The position numbers and the translations under genes are program-made. A DNA stretch of 24,000 nt from Sporosarcina sp. ZBG7A. Its GTDB lineage: Bacteria; Bacillota; Bacilli; Bacillales_A; Planococcaceae. The DNA lies in NCBI RefSeq assembly GCF_000813425.1, contig NZ_JWIB01000018.1, positions 1-24,000 of the forward strand, written 5' to 3'. The notes below the pieces were generated by a model that was not told where the DNA came from, searched no databases, and saw only the letters and a program-made list of their open reading frames with translations. Positions 10,249 to 18,253 of this stretch are shown here, in pieces. The first letter of the stretch is position 1, and every line of letters begins with the position of its first letter.

Positions 10249-10366
10249 TCATATTCACCACCGTTTCTAGCTTTCTTTATCTCTTATAATAAATTTCTCG
10301 TTTAATATAATAGCCACTTTGAAGCGCAGCCTGTTTTCCACAACTCGGCCAGTTGATGTAACTTAG

Positions 10367-10570
10367 TTAATTTAAAAAATCATTTTTATTTTCTTTATTC
10401 TTCCAAACAATAAAAAGTAATATTCCCGGCAGAACAATAGACGCGATACCGAGACTATCGACAAACCACTGACTAAATCCAAATATCATTGCACAGATGA
10501 TATAAGCAATCCATGTAAGTACCACTAGTGCTAATAAACCTGGTCGTTCTCTGCCCATAACATACACCAC
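10367..10570 (-). CDS. Small hypothetical membrane protein
   Basis: 67 aa with two hydrophobic segments. Confidence 0.5.
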   Translation of the reverse strand: MVYVMGRERPGLLALVVLTWIAYIICAMIFGFSQWFVDSLGIASIVLPGILLFIVWKNKENKNDFLN

Positions 10571-10667
10571 TTCTCTAAGTTAAAACTGGCCGGAATACCG
10601 TATAAACTTGAATCCTAAAAAGGCGTACTCCCTAACCAATCAATCACAGCTTTTCTAAATACAAATA

Positions 10668-10702
10668 AAAAACCTCTTTAGACAATTCTATCCAAAGAGG
10701 TT
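10668..10702 (-). terminator. Terminator downstream of glmS
   Basis: Minus strand AACCTCTTTGGATAGAATTGTCTAAAGAGGTTTTTT. Confidence 0.85.
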
Positions 10703-10734
10703 AATTTATGCAATTCTATTTAATTTAAATTTTC

Positions 10735-12528
10735 TTACTCCACGGTAACACTTTTCGCCAAATTCCGCGGCTTATCCACGTCACATCCCCGCTGCAATGA
10801 TGCATAATAGCTCAACAATTGAAGCGGAATAACTGTTACTAGTGGCGTCAATAGCTCATGGACATGAGGCAAGATGAGTCGATCTCCTGGTTCACTGTCA
10901 CCTTCCATCGAGATGATGCAAGCGTGTGCGCCACGGGCTGTGACTTCTTTTACATTACCTCGTAAATTAGGGCTGACAGTTGCTTGAGTCGCAAGTGCGA
11001 TGACCGGAGTCCCTTCTTCAATCAATGCGATTGTTCCGTGCTTCAGTTCTCCTCCTGCAAATCCTTCTGCTTGGATATAGGAGATCTCTTTCAGCTTTAG
11101 CGCACCTTCTAAGCTCACATAATAGTCGAGATTACGTCCGATGAAAAAGGCGTTACGCTTATCGGTTAATAGCTCTATAGCGATTTTTTCAATCTCTTCT
11201 TTAGCATCCGTTAACGTTTGAATCGCGTTAGCTGCAATTGCTAACTCTTTTTTCAAGTCTAGCTTCCGCGAACCTCCGCCTAATGAATAAGCTGTGATCG
11301 CAAGCACTGCGAGTTGAGCCGTATATGCTTTAGTCGATGCCACAGCGATTTCTGGTCCTGCATGCAACAACAACGTATGGTCCGCTTCACGCGATAACGT
11401 AGAGCCGGGCACATTGGTCATTGTGATTGATGGATATCCTAGTGCTTTCACTTTTACAAGCACTTGTCGACTATCTGCAGTTTCGCCAGATTGTGTAATA
11501 AACAAGAACAATGGCTTTTTAGAAAGAAGTGGCATATTATAGCCAAACTCACTAGAAATGTGGACTTCAACCGGTAAACCAGCTAGTTTTTCAAAGTATT
11601 CTTTTCCTATTAAGCCCGCATGGTAGCTTGTTCCTGCTGCGATAATATAAAGACGGTCTGCATGTTGAAATGCTTGCTTGATATACGGGTCAATATCCAA
11701 AGCGCCCTCTTCCGTGCTGTAGGCATCGATGATTTTACGCATCACACCTGGCTGCTCATCGATTTCCTTTAACATATAATGAGGATATGTCCCTTTTTCA
11801 ATATCACTCATATCGAGTTCCGCTGTATAAGGAGCCCGCTCGATTTTATCGCCATCAAGAGTTTCGATTACAATGCCATCTTTCCCAAGCATAACAACTT
11901 CACCGTCATGTAACTCGATGAACTGATCAGTCACTTGAAGCATCGCCATGGCGTCAGATGCCACTACATTGCACTCTTCACTTATTCCAACTAATAATGG
12001 ACTGCGATTTTTCGCAACAAAGATCGTATCCGAATCTTGTTCGTCTAACATCGCAATCGCATACGAACCATGCAACAACGATAACGCTTTACGGAACGCT
12101 TCGTCTGTTGTCATTCCCGTGTTTGCAAAGTACTCAATCAGTTGGACAATGACTTCCGTATCCGTATCAGAAACGAACTGGATATCTTGCAAGTATTCAC
12201 GAGTCAGTTTTTCATAGTTTTCAATGACACCATTATGGACAAGTGTAAAACGTCCAGATGCACTTTTATGTGGATGTGAGTTTTTCTGATCTGGTACACC
12301 ATGGGTTGCCCAGCGCGTATGGCCGATCCCGACATGTGCATCGATTTCTTCCGTTACTGCGTCTCTTAAATCCGCAATACGTCCTTTTTCCTTGAACATT
12401 TGCACGCCTTTAGAAGTCTGGAATGCAATCCCTGCAGAGTCATATCCTCTGTATTCGAGCTTCTCCAGCCCTTTCAATAAAATCTCTGCTGCTTGGTTCT
12501 TTCCGTTATAGCCTACAATTCCGCACAT
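10735..12528 (-). CDS. glmS: Glutamine--fructose-6-phosphate aminotransferase (isomerizing)
   Basis: 597 aa: [10 protein letters not shown]-terminal nucleophile domain, [27 protein letters not shown] and [14 protein letters not shown] domains, [14 protein letters not shown]-terminus. Confidence 0.99.
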   Translation of the reverse strand: MCGIVGYNGKNQAAEILLKGLEKLEYRGYDSAGIAFQTSKGVQMFKEKGRIADLRDAVTEEIDAHVGIGHTRWATHGVPDQKNSHPHKSASGRFTLVHNGVIENYEKLTREYLQDIQFVSDTDTEVIVQLIEYFANTGMTTDEAFRKALSLLHGSYAIAMLDEQDSDTIFVAKNRSPLLVGISEECNVVASDAMAMLQVTDQFIELHDGEVVMLGKDGIVIETLDGDKIERAPYTAELDMSDIEKGTYPHYMLKEIDEQPGVMRKIIDAYSTEEGALDIDPYIKQAFQHADRLYIIAAGTSYHAGLIGKEYFEKLAGLPVEVHISSEFGYNMPLLSKKPLFLFITQSGETADSRQVLVKVKALGYPSITMTNVPGSTLSREADHTLLLHAGPEIAVASTKAYTAQLAVLAITAYSLGGGSRKLDLKKELAIAANAIQTLTDAKEEIEKIAIELLTDKRNAFFIGRNLDYYVSLEGALKLKEISYIQAEGFAGGELKHGTIALIEEGTPVIALATQATVSPNLRGNVKEVTARGAHACIISMEGDSEPGDRLILPHVHELLTPLVTVIPLQLLSYYASLQRGCDVDKPRNLAKSVTVE

Positions 12529-12619
12529 AATTGTTCCTCCGCATCAGGCAGCCCGGAGTCAAAACTGTATAGGTCGTTCAGGCAGTTCTGCCCGGACTGG
12601 CCATTAAATTTGTATGATA

Positions 12620-12771
12620 CCTGCTACATCCCTGTTGTGTCACCGAGTTACCTCTGTGTTTTAGGAACTGCATGTGATCGGGTATCTGCGATCAGGAGGC
12701 ATCCGCCGAATGTTCGATGAACCTCCACCTCGTCTGCCGAGAATCTGTGCGATTTCCTCGGCGCTGGCGCT
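12620..12771 (-). ncRNA. glmS ribozyme / riboswitch (GlcN6P-responsive); predicted cleavage between 12771 and 12770
   Basis: Minus strand AAA|GCGCCAGCGCC...GCAGACGAGGTGGAGGTTCATCGAACATTCGGCGGATGCCTCC...GCAGAT...GATCACA matches the conserved core (GCGCC, GACGAGG, GAGGTTnATCGA, TTCGGCGGATGCCTCC) directly upstream of glmS. The 3' boundary is approximate. Confidence 0.96.
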
Positions 12772-12800
12772 TTAATTGGTTTCCAATACTTTACGTGCAT
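12648..12800 (-). CDS. Candidate upstream ORF (50 codons) overlapping the glmS ribozyme
   Basis: AAAAAAGGAGAGTTGT-ATG, translated MHVKYWKPIKAPAPRKSHRFSADEVEVHRTFGGCLLIADTRSHAVPKTQR*. It is absent from the ORF track because it is under 60 aa. Confidence 0.3.
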   Translation of the reverse strand: MHVKYWKPIKAPAPRKSHRFSADEVEVHRTFGGCLLIADTRSHAVPKTQR

Positions 12801-12843
12801 ACAACTCTCCTTTTTTGCACGGACTAAATTGCCGTCATTGCTA

Positions 12844-12873
12844 ACTATAGCGAATCTAGTTTTCTTCTGTCAA
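12844..12873 (-). promoter_or_regulatory. Sigma-A type promoter for the glmS transcript
   Basis: Minus strand TTGACA (12868-12873), 18-nt spacer, TATAGT (12844-12849). Confidence 0.7.
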
Positions 12874-12954
12874 ATGACGAATCGTTCTGACTATTAGCAA
12901 ACAACTTAGTAAGAATATAGTATACAACTCGAATCATAATCGTTCCTTAAATAA

Positions 12955-13003
12955 TAAAAAAGACAGTCACAGAACTCAGTATGTACTGAAGTTCTGTGAC
13001 TGT
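12955..13003 (-). terminator. Terminator downstream of NADH dehydrogenase
   Basis: Minus strand GACAGTCACAGAACTTCAGTACATACTGAGTTCTGTGACTGTCTTTTTTT. Confidence 0.9.
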
Positions 13004-13016
13004 CCTCTAGTATTTC

Positions 13017-14201
13017 TTAGTAAGCGAGACCGAATAGTCCCTTGATGTGAGTCAAGTATCGGATGTTACTTGCTTCTTTCATCAATGAAGCTGGCATTCC
13101 CTTAAGGGAAGTATTGTTTCCACCAATTGATGCTACTGCATCTTTACGGCCAAGGCTAGCAAGTGTACCCGAGTTTACTGGGTTGAACACTTCCATAGAC
13201 TTGCCTGTAAGCATTGCGTACACGTTGTATCCAACAAGTTCTCCCATCTGCCAAGCGTTTTGAGCAGTTGGTGCGTATGGACGTGCTCCCTCTTCTGCAG
13301 GGAAAGCAACAGCACTGTCACCGACAACAAATACATCAGGGTGAGATTTAGATTGAAGGAATTCGTTTACTGTTGCACGACCACGGTCGACTTCAATACC
13401 AGATTCTCCAACGAGTGGATTACCAGTAACGCCACCTGTCCAAACGAATGTATTCGCTTTAATGACACGGCCGTCTTTCAGTGAAATTTCGTTGCCTTCA
13501 ACGTTTGTGACAGGTAGTCCGATTAAGAACTCAACGCCACGTTTTGCAAGACTTTCAGTTGCACGCTCGATCAAGTGATCAGGTAGTACTGGAAGGATTT
13601 TCGGACCAGCTTCAACAAGCATAATCTTCAAATCAGCAGGGTTTACACCGTGCTCACGTGCAATTTTAGGCATGTTGTCTACGATTTCACCAACAAGCTC
13701 AACGCCTGTTAAACCGCCGCCACCGATCATGATTGTCGCATCAGCTTCGTCGCGAGAAGTTGCATACGCTTTGATGCGGTCGACGATGTGTTTAAAGATT
13801 TTGTTCGCTTCACTAGCGGATTTAAGAACCATACTATTTTCTTCAAGTCCTGGAATTCCGAAGTACGCTGTTTTACTACCAAGTGCAACAACTAGTGCAT
13901 CATAAGTAAGTGTCTCTCCGCCCGCCAAGTTCACTTTTTTCGTATTCACGTCAAAGTTCTCAACAGTAGCGATTTTCAATTCTACTCCTTTACCAGCAAG
14001 TAGTTTTTCAAGAGGTAGTGCAACCGCACCTTCGCTAGTCGTACCTCCAGCTAATCGGTGAAGCTCTGTAATAATTTGGTGAGTTGGTGTTTGGTTAACA
14101 AGTGTGATAGTTGCATCACTTTCTGACAAGAAGTTACGAGCATTTAGCGCTGTCAAAAGACCGCCATAACCTGCTCCTAAAATAACGATGTGTTTGGTCA
14201 T
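13017..14201 (-). CDS. Type II NADH dehydrogenase / NAD(P)/FAD-dependent oxidoreductase
   Basis: 394 aa: HIVILGAGYGGLLTALNARNFL FAD-binding motif, TIMIGGGGLTGVELVGEI NAD-binding motif, PDVFVVGDSAVAF and APTAQNAWQMGELVGYN. Confidence 0.95.
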   Translation of the reverse strand: MTKHIVILGAGYGGLLTALNARNFLSESDATITLVNQTPTHQIITELHRLAGGTTSEGAVALPLEKLLAGKGVELKIATVENFDVNTKKVNLAGGETLTYDALVVALGSKTAYFGIPGLEENSMVLKSASEANKIFKHIVDRIKAYATSRDEADATIMIGGGGLTGVELVGEIVDNMPKIAREHGVNPADLKIMLVEAGPKILPVLPDHLIERATESLAKRGVEFLIGLPVTNVEGNEISLKDGRVIKANTFVWTGGVTGNPLVGESGIEVDRGRATVNEFLQSKSHPDVFVVGDSAVAFPAEEGARPYAPTAQNAWQMGELVGYNVYAMLTGKSMEVFNPVNSGTLASLGRKDAVASIGGNNTSLKGMPASLMKEASNIRYLTHIKGLFGLAY

Positions 14202-14235
14202 TGTCTAGTCCCCTTCTACTAATAGTTAGTTCAAA

Positions 14236-14691
14236 TTATTTTGTATGGTTGCGTTGTCCAGCAATTTCAAGGTAAGCGCTCAAGAAACGGAAAACACGTT
14301 GAGCTTCAGGATCTTTGATCATCTTCATAAGACCAAACAAACCGATTGTCTCTGTATTTTTTGAAGCAAGATCTTTTGCTTCGATGACAGTCGCTGCCAT
14401 ATTTTTCGCAGAATCTTTTACAGGACCTACGATTTCTTTCATGAATTCAGTTGTATCGTTAACCAATACTTCGTCTGTTGCAACTGCTTTAGCAACATCA
14501 TAGGATTTTGTCATTACGTCAACAAGCTCCGTTAGTTGTGGAAGTTTTTCGACAAGAGTTGTCAAAGATTCTTGAACTTCTGGTTTAAGCAACTGGTCTA
14601 GAATATCTTGTTTTTGATTGGAAGGTAACTGTGTGCCTTCTGTAGCAACGTTTGCTGCTTCTTCAGGATTGAGCGGCGTAGTCATGTGCAA
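14236..14691 (-). CDS. DUF1641 domain-containing protein, likely co-transcribed with the NADH dehydrogenase
   Basis: 151 aa; C-terminal KNTETIGLFGLMKMIKDPEAQRVFRFLSAYLEIAGQ typical of DUF1641; 34 bp upstream of the NDH-2 gene, same strand. Confidence 0.85.
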   Translation of the reverse strand: MHMTTPLNPEEAANVATEGTQLPSNQKQDILDQLLKPEVQESLTTLVEKLPQLTELVDVMTKSYDVAKAVATDEVLVNDTTEFMKEIVGPVKDSAKNMAATVIEAKDLASKNTETIGLFGLMKMIKDPEAQRVFRFLSAYLEIAGQRNHTK

Positions 14692-14928
14692 ATCCCCTTT
14701 TTTAGTTTAATGTATTTTGTTCTGAAGCTAGGTAAACTATGTGCTGAATAATACGTAATTTTTTTACAAATCCGCATGTCATAATCTCCTAATCAGATTA
14801 CCATCAAGTCACTATACGCCTCTTTTTCATATACTTCAAGTTTTTAGTTTGGCATTTAATTAATATTTATTTACTTTGTATAGTGGCGTATGTCTTGCAC
14901 ATCCTATATAAAAAAGGAGGTGCTCGGA

Positions 14929-15084
14929 ATGGGACAGCGGATTCGATGTGAAGTGAATAATTGTAAGTTTTGGTCTGAGGGAAACAAGTGTGAAGCCGAC
15001 GAAATTTATGTTGTCAGCAAGAAAGGCAACCATGCAAAGTCCAGCAGTGAAACAGACTGTAAAACGTTCGTTCCTCAATTGTAA
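14929..15084 (+). CDS. DUF1540 domain-containing small cysteine-rich protein (start trimmed)
   Basis: MGQRIRCEVNNCKFWSEGNKCEADEIYVVSKKGNHAKSSSETDCKTFVPQL preceded by AAAAAAGGAGGTGCTCGGA. Confidence 0.85.
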   Translation: MGQRIRCEVNNCKFWSEGNKCEADEIYVVSKKGNHAKSSSETDCKTFVPQL

Positions 15085-15177
15085 AGAGTGAACCATTTTA
15101 ACTTTGAATCATTCTATTGTACAATGGTGAAGAGGATTGACATCAATCCATTACTTCATCGGAGGTTTTACTAGTTC

Positions 15178-15612
15178 ATGAAAAAAATTGCGGCAGCGTT
15201 TTTAGCACTCACGCTCATTCTTTCACCGATTGGAACGATCGTATTTAACGATCATTCACCATCTGCAGAAGCGAAAGGCTACAAATCAGGCAAAAAAGGA
15301 TTTTCACCTAACCAAAACAATTTCAACAAACCAGCAGTCGATAAGAAGGACAATACTTCCTTCACTAAAAACAACGGATCACAAGCAGCAAAACCAAAAT
15401 CTGGAGGGCTGATGAAAGGCCTTATGCTTGGTGGATTAGCAGGACTTCTATTCGGAGGTTTGTTTGCCAACATGGGTATTCTTGGTTCGATTTTAGGCTT
15501 ACTCGTTAATGTCTTTGCGATCATCGCTATTATCGGCGTTATCCGAATGGCTTATCTGTATTTCAAGAAAAAGAAACAGGATAAAGATGACATGCACCGG
15601 TGGCAGAACTGA
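15178..15612 (+). CDS. Hypothetical exported/membrane protein with Gly-rich hydrophobic C-terminus (Tim44-like N-terminal flavour)
   Basis: 144 aa with signal peptide, KGFSPNQNNFNK low-complexity region, then GLMKGLMLGGLAGLLFGGLFANMGILGSILGLLVNVFAIIAIIG. Confidence 0.65.
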   Translation: MKKIAAAFLALTLILSPIGTIVFNDHSPSAEAKGYKSGKKGFSPNQNNFNKPAVDKKDNTSFTKNNGSQAAKPKSGGLMKGLMLGGLAGLLFGGLFANMGILGSILGLLVNVFAIIAIIGVIRMAYLYFKKKKQDKDDMHRWQN

Positions 15613-15890
15613 TGATTGAGGAACAAGACATCATTAATGCTATTTGCCTGCATCAGGCAAAAAACAAATCCGTTACACCAGAGCAAGTAGAAGTTGAACT
15701 GTTCTATGATGATGACGAAGGTTTTTATGCAGAAGCTTCTGTCAACGGGATGACCGTCAACATGAATACATTCGACATGACCCAAGCACTCAGGTTATGG
15801 ATTGAAGAACAACTTCACCAAGATCCTTACGCAACGGGTATTAAATTCCTACTAGATGATGAGCGGGGAATTGTCGCCTCTCTCATGTAA
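15600..15890 (+). CDS. YxcD-like / DUF2653 family protein, overlapping the upstream gene
   Basis: 96 aa: MIEEQDIINAICLHQAKNKSVTPEQVEVELFYDDDEGFYAEASVNGM...; 13-nt overlap suggests translational coupling. Confidence 0.75.
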   Translation: MAELMIEEQDIINAICLHQAKNKSVTPEQVEVELFYDDDEGFYAEASVNGMTVNMNTFDMTQALRLWIEEQLHQDPYATGIKFLLDDERGIVASLM

Positions 15891-15892
15891 CT

Positions 15893-15934
15893 ATAAAAAA
15901 TGGACAACCTGATTTCTAGGTTGTCCATTTTTTT
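15893..15934. terminator. Bidirectional terminator
   Basis: AAAAAATGGACAACCTGATTTCTAGGTTGTCCATTTTTTTG between convergent genes. Confidence 0.92.
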
Positions 15935-15935
15935 G

Positions 15936-16538
15936 TCACTTAATAACGCCACATGCAATACGTTCTCCCGAATCTCCGGACGGTTGAGTTTCACCGTCAT
16001 CTTCCCCGGCGTGGATCACGAGTGCTGTACCAGTATCTTTCAACAAAGAATTAGGTTCATCAGTTCCCAAAGTCACATTTTTAGCCGTGAATTCATCATC
16101 TACAATCCCATCTTCTCCTACTTCCAAATTAGGCAGATCACCTGCATGTGGTCCTCCTTCCATTTCAAGTCCATGATTCTTTTCATCCGGATTAAAGTGG
16201 CCACCTGCAGATTCGAAATCAGGTGCTTCACAAACACCCGTCTCGTGGAAATGGAGTCCATGTTTTCCTTCTGGTAGTCCTTCCGCCTTTACATGCACAT
16301 TGATACCCTCTTCAGTCTCTTCCAATTCTGCAGTTCCAGTAGTTTGACCATCCGCATCTTTCAAATCTACTAGAACAGTGAATGGTTCCGGTTGCATGTC
16401 ATCCGCAGTTTCAGTAGCTTCATTATTCTTTTCAACATCTTTTCCTGCAATCGCCTCTTCTGAATCATCTTCAGCACCACATGCTGCCAGACCAATCATA
16501 AGAGCCAATGATGGCAAGATTATGATTTTCTTCTTCAA
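15936..16538 (-). CDS. Cu/Zn superoxide dismutase family lipoprotein
   Basis: 200 aa: lipobox LMIGLAACG; GLHFHETGVCEAPDFESAGGHFNPDEKNHG; GPHAGDLPNL; ALVIHAGEDD; GDSGERIACGVI. Confidence 0.95.
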   Translation of the reverse strand: MKKKIIILPSLALMIGLAACGAEDDSEEAIAGKDVEKNNEATETADDMQPEPFTVLVDLKDADGQTTGTAELEETEEGINVHVKAEGLPEGKHGLHFHETGVCEAPDFESAGGHFNPDEKNHGLEMEGGPHAGDLPNLEVGEDGIVDDEFTAKNVTLGTDEPNSLLKDTGTALVIHAGEDDGETQPSGDSGERIACGVIK

Positions 16539-16613
16539 TTTAACCCCTCCTCAGTTCAACCTATAGTGTTCTCTTTCACTTGCCTATCATTTTTAAACAT
16601 TTATAACTTGCAA

Positions 16614-16653
16614 AACAAAAAAAACGGTTTCCCATTATGAAATGGGAAACCGG
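16614..16653 (-). terminator. Terminator downstream of the HmoB-like gene
   Basis: Minus strand CCGGTTTCCCATTTCATAATGGGAAACCGTTTTTTTTG. Confidence 0.85.
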
Positions 16654-16667
16654 TTCTGTCTGTTCAT

Positions 16668-17171
16668 TCAGTCTACTTTTTGGTATGTTGTCACAAACGA
16701 TGGACGAGAGAATATATTTGGTTTTTTGTCAATACCTTCGTCTGTCCCACGCTTATTGTGTGCATTCGCGTAAGCTTGAGAATTTTGCCACGCTTTGAAT
16801 GACGCCTCATCTTCCCACTTTGTCAAAATGACGTACGTATCGCTTTCTAATGGACGAAGTACTCGAATTGCAGAAAACCCTTCAGTATCTTCTATCTGTC
16901 TAGCGCGGCCCATGAATCGTTGTTCAAAAAGTTCTCTTCCTTCTGTAGTGACAGGAATGTTATTGAAAACTGCATAGTTTCCATTGATAATTTCACCTGA
17001 AGCATCGAGTACTGTATAAGAATCTGCTTCAGCGAACCCTGCAGTACCGTCGTTTTCTTGGATAAGTACAGCTTCGTTTCCAAGTTCCATCAGAACAAGT
17101 TGTTCTGCTGTTAAACTTTCTTTAATTGCCTTTAACTCTGTTACATCTCCGTAAGTTACATGAATATTCAT
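16668..17171 (-). CDS. Antibiotic biosynthesis monooxygenase-domain protein, HmoB-like haem-degrading monooxygenase
   Basis: Trimmed start MNIHVTYGDVTE after AGGGGACAGCAT; FNNIPVTTEGRELFEQRFMGRARQIEDTEGFSAIRVLRPLESDTYVILTKWEDEASFKAWQNSQAYANAH. Confidence 0.85.
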   Translation of the reverse strand: MNIHVTYGDVTELKAIKESLTAEQLVLMELGNEAVLIQENDGTAGFAEADSYTVLDASGEIINGNYAVFNNIPVTTEGRELFEQRFMGRARQIEDTEGFSAIRVLRPLESDTYVILTKWEDEASFKAWQNSQAYANAHNKRGTDEGIDKKPNIFSRPSFVTTYQKVD

Positions 17172-17220
17172 ATGCTGTCCCCTATCTGATTGAATGAAAA
17201 GTTGCATTTTAAAAGAGCAA

Positions 17221-17245
17221 AGCCGGCAGAAATCACCTGCCGGCT
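17221..17245 (-). terminator. Probable terminator downstream of small membrane gene
   Basis: Minus strand AGCCGGCAGGTGATTTCTGCCGGCTTTGCTCTTTT. Confidence 0.55.
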
Positions 17246-17262
17246 ACATTCAGATCATTTGT

Positions 17263-17442
17263 TCAATGCCATGCTTGTCTTCTGCGTTCTTTGACTGCGA
17301 TGATGGCCGATGAGCCTGCTAAAATCGTAATTACCAGAAGCCCCACGATCAGACCGTCCGTGAAGACTCCAGTGAAATTACGTGCTGCAAGAGCTGCTAG
17401 TGTAACGCCACAAACAATTGCAGCGAAAATGATTTTTTTCAT
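17263..17442 (-). CDS. Small hypothetical membrane protein
   Basis: MKKIIFAAIVCGVTLAALAARNFTGVFTDGLIVGLLVITILAGSSAIIAVKERRRQAWH; two TM segments. The start may be 17466. Confidence 0.55.
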   Translation of the reverse strand: MKKIIFAAIVCGVTLAALAARNFTGVFTDGLIVGLLVITILAGSSAIIAVKERRRQAWH

Positions 17443-17604
17443 AGCACTCACCTTTCCCATGCGCAAAAACCATTCGCTGTTGACCGCATGGCGATTATGT
17501 AGTTATTGAGATTGTTTCTCATTTTCATCATAAAACATCAGATAGGGAATCGCAACAATAATCCCCGATTTCAAACAAACTTATTGAGGTAATGTGTCAA
17601 AAAC

Positions 17605-17642
17605 AAAACAAGAATCTCAATGAAACCCAGAGATTCTTGTTT
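17605..17642 (-). terminator. Terminator downstream of yunC-like gene
   Basis: Minus strand ACAAGAATCTCTGGGTTTCATTGAGATTCTTGTTTTGTTTTT. Confidence 0.75.
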
Positions 17643-17658
17643 CGTTTTCTTTTTCACA

Positions 17659-17979
17659 CTAAATCATCTTCAACAATGCTTGTTCTCCGGTCATTCCTGC
17701 CGTAATACCCCATTCTTCCGCTTCAAGCGTCACTGATTCCAGCGGTGCCGCAAGTAACTCGTCAATTGTTTTCACACCAGTGGCGCGCCCCGCTACAATA
17801 CGGCGATCTGACAGCAACCTGTTCAACAATCCAACGTCAAGTGCGCCACACATGATATACCCGTTCTCGTTTGAAACTGTCAGCAAAGTAGTTTTCGGAA
17901 GCGAAACGGAGACAGCTGTAAAACTATGCCCTTCAATTTGTACAGAAGTAACGGTTACCAACCCATCCTCCCCTTTCAC
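17659..17979 (-). CDS. DUF1805 domain-containing protein (YunC-like)
   Basis: 106 aa: LLTVSNENGYIMCGALDVGLLNRLLSDRRIVAGRATGVKTIDELLAAPLESVT. Confidence 0.88.
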   Translation of the reverse strand: MKGEDGLVTVTSVQIEGHSFTAVSVSLPKTTLLTVSNENGYIMCGALDVGLLNRLLSDRRIVAGRATGVKTIDELLAAPLESVTLEAEEWGITAGMTGEQALLKMI

Positions 17980-18060
17980 TCTATAAGTATGGCGTCCACC
18001 TTCAAGCGGTGACTAAAAGCATCCATTACTACACATACTTTTTAAAAAGGAGGTTTGCAA

Positions 18061-18213
18061 ATGGCGAAACGCAATATAGATGGTGAAAAGAAGTCAAAAC
18101 CCCCTACGTTACCGGGACGTGAAGAATTCTCAGCTGATTATTCTACATACGGTGAAAAACGTGAGGCACTAAAAGAACTTTATAGAAAGTCTGAGCGGGG
18201 TAAGAGCAAGTAA
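18061..18213 (+). CDS. Small charged hypothetical protein, 50 aa (missing from the ORF track)
   Basis: MAKRNIDGEKKSKPPTLPGREEFSADYSTYGEKREALKELYRKSERGKSK* with RBS AAAAAGGAGGTTTGCAA-ATG and terminator immediately after. Confidence 0.75.
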   Translation: MAKRNIDGEKKSKPPTLPGREEFSADYSTYGEKREALKELYRKSERGKSK

Positions 18214-18247
18214 AAAAACACCCTGCTGTGCTTCATAGCAGGGTGTT
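18212..18247. terminator. Bidirectional terminator
   Basis: AAAAAAACACCCTGCTGTGCTTCATAGCAGGGTGTT between convergent genes. The T-run is strong only on the minus side. Confidence 0.75.
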
Positions 18248-18253
18248 CCAACC

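Noticed and set aside
11948-12720. Plus-strand ORFs antisense to glmS and its leader (incl. 12493..12720)
   Set aside because: Shadow ORFs of glmS and the ribozyme; compositions look non-coding.
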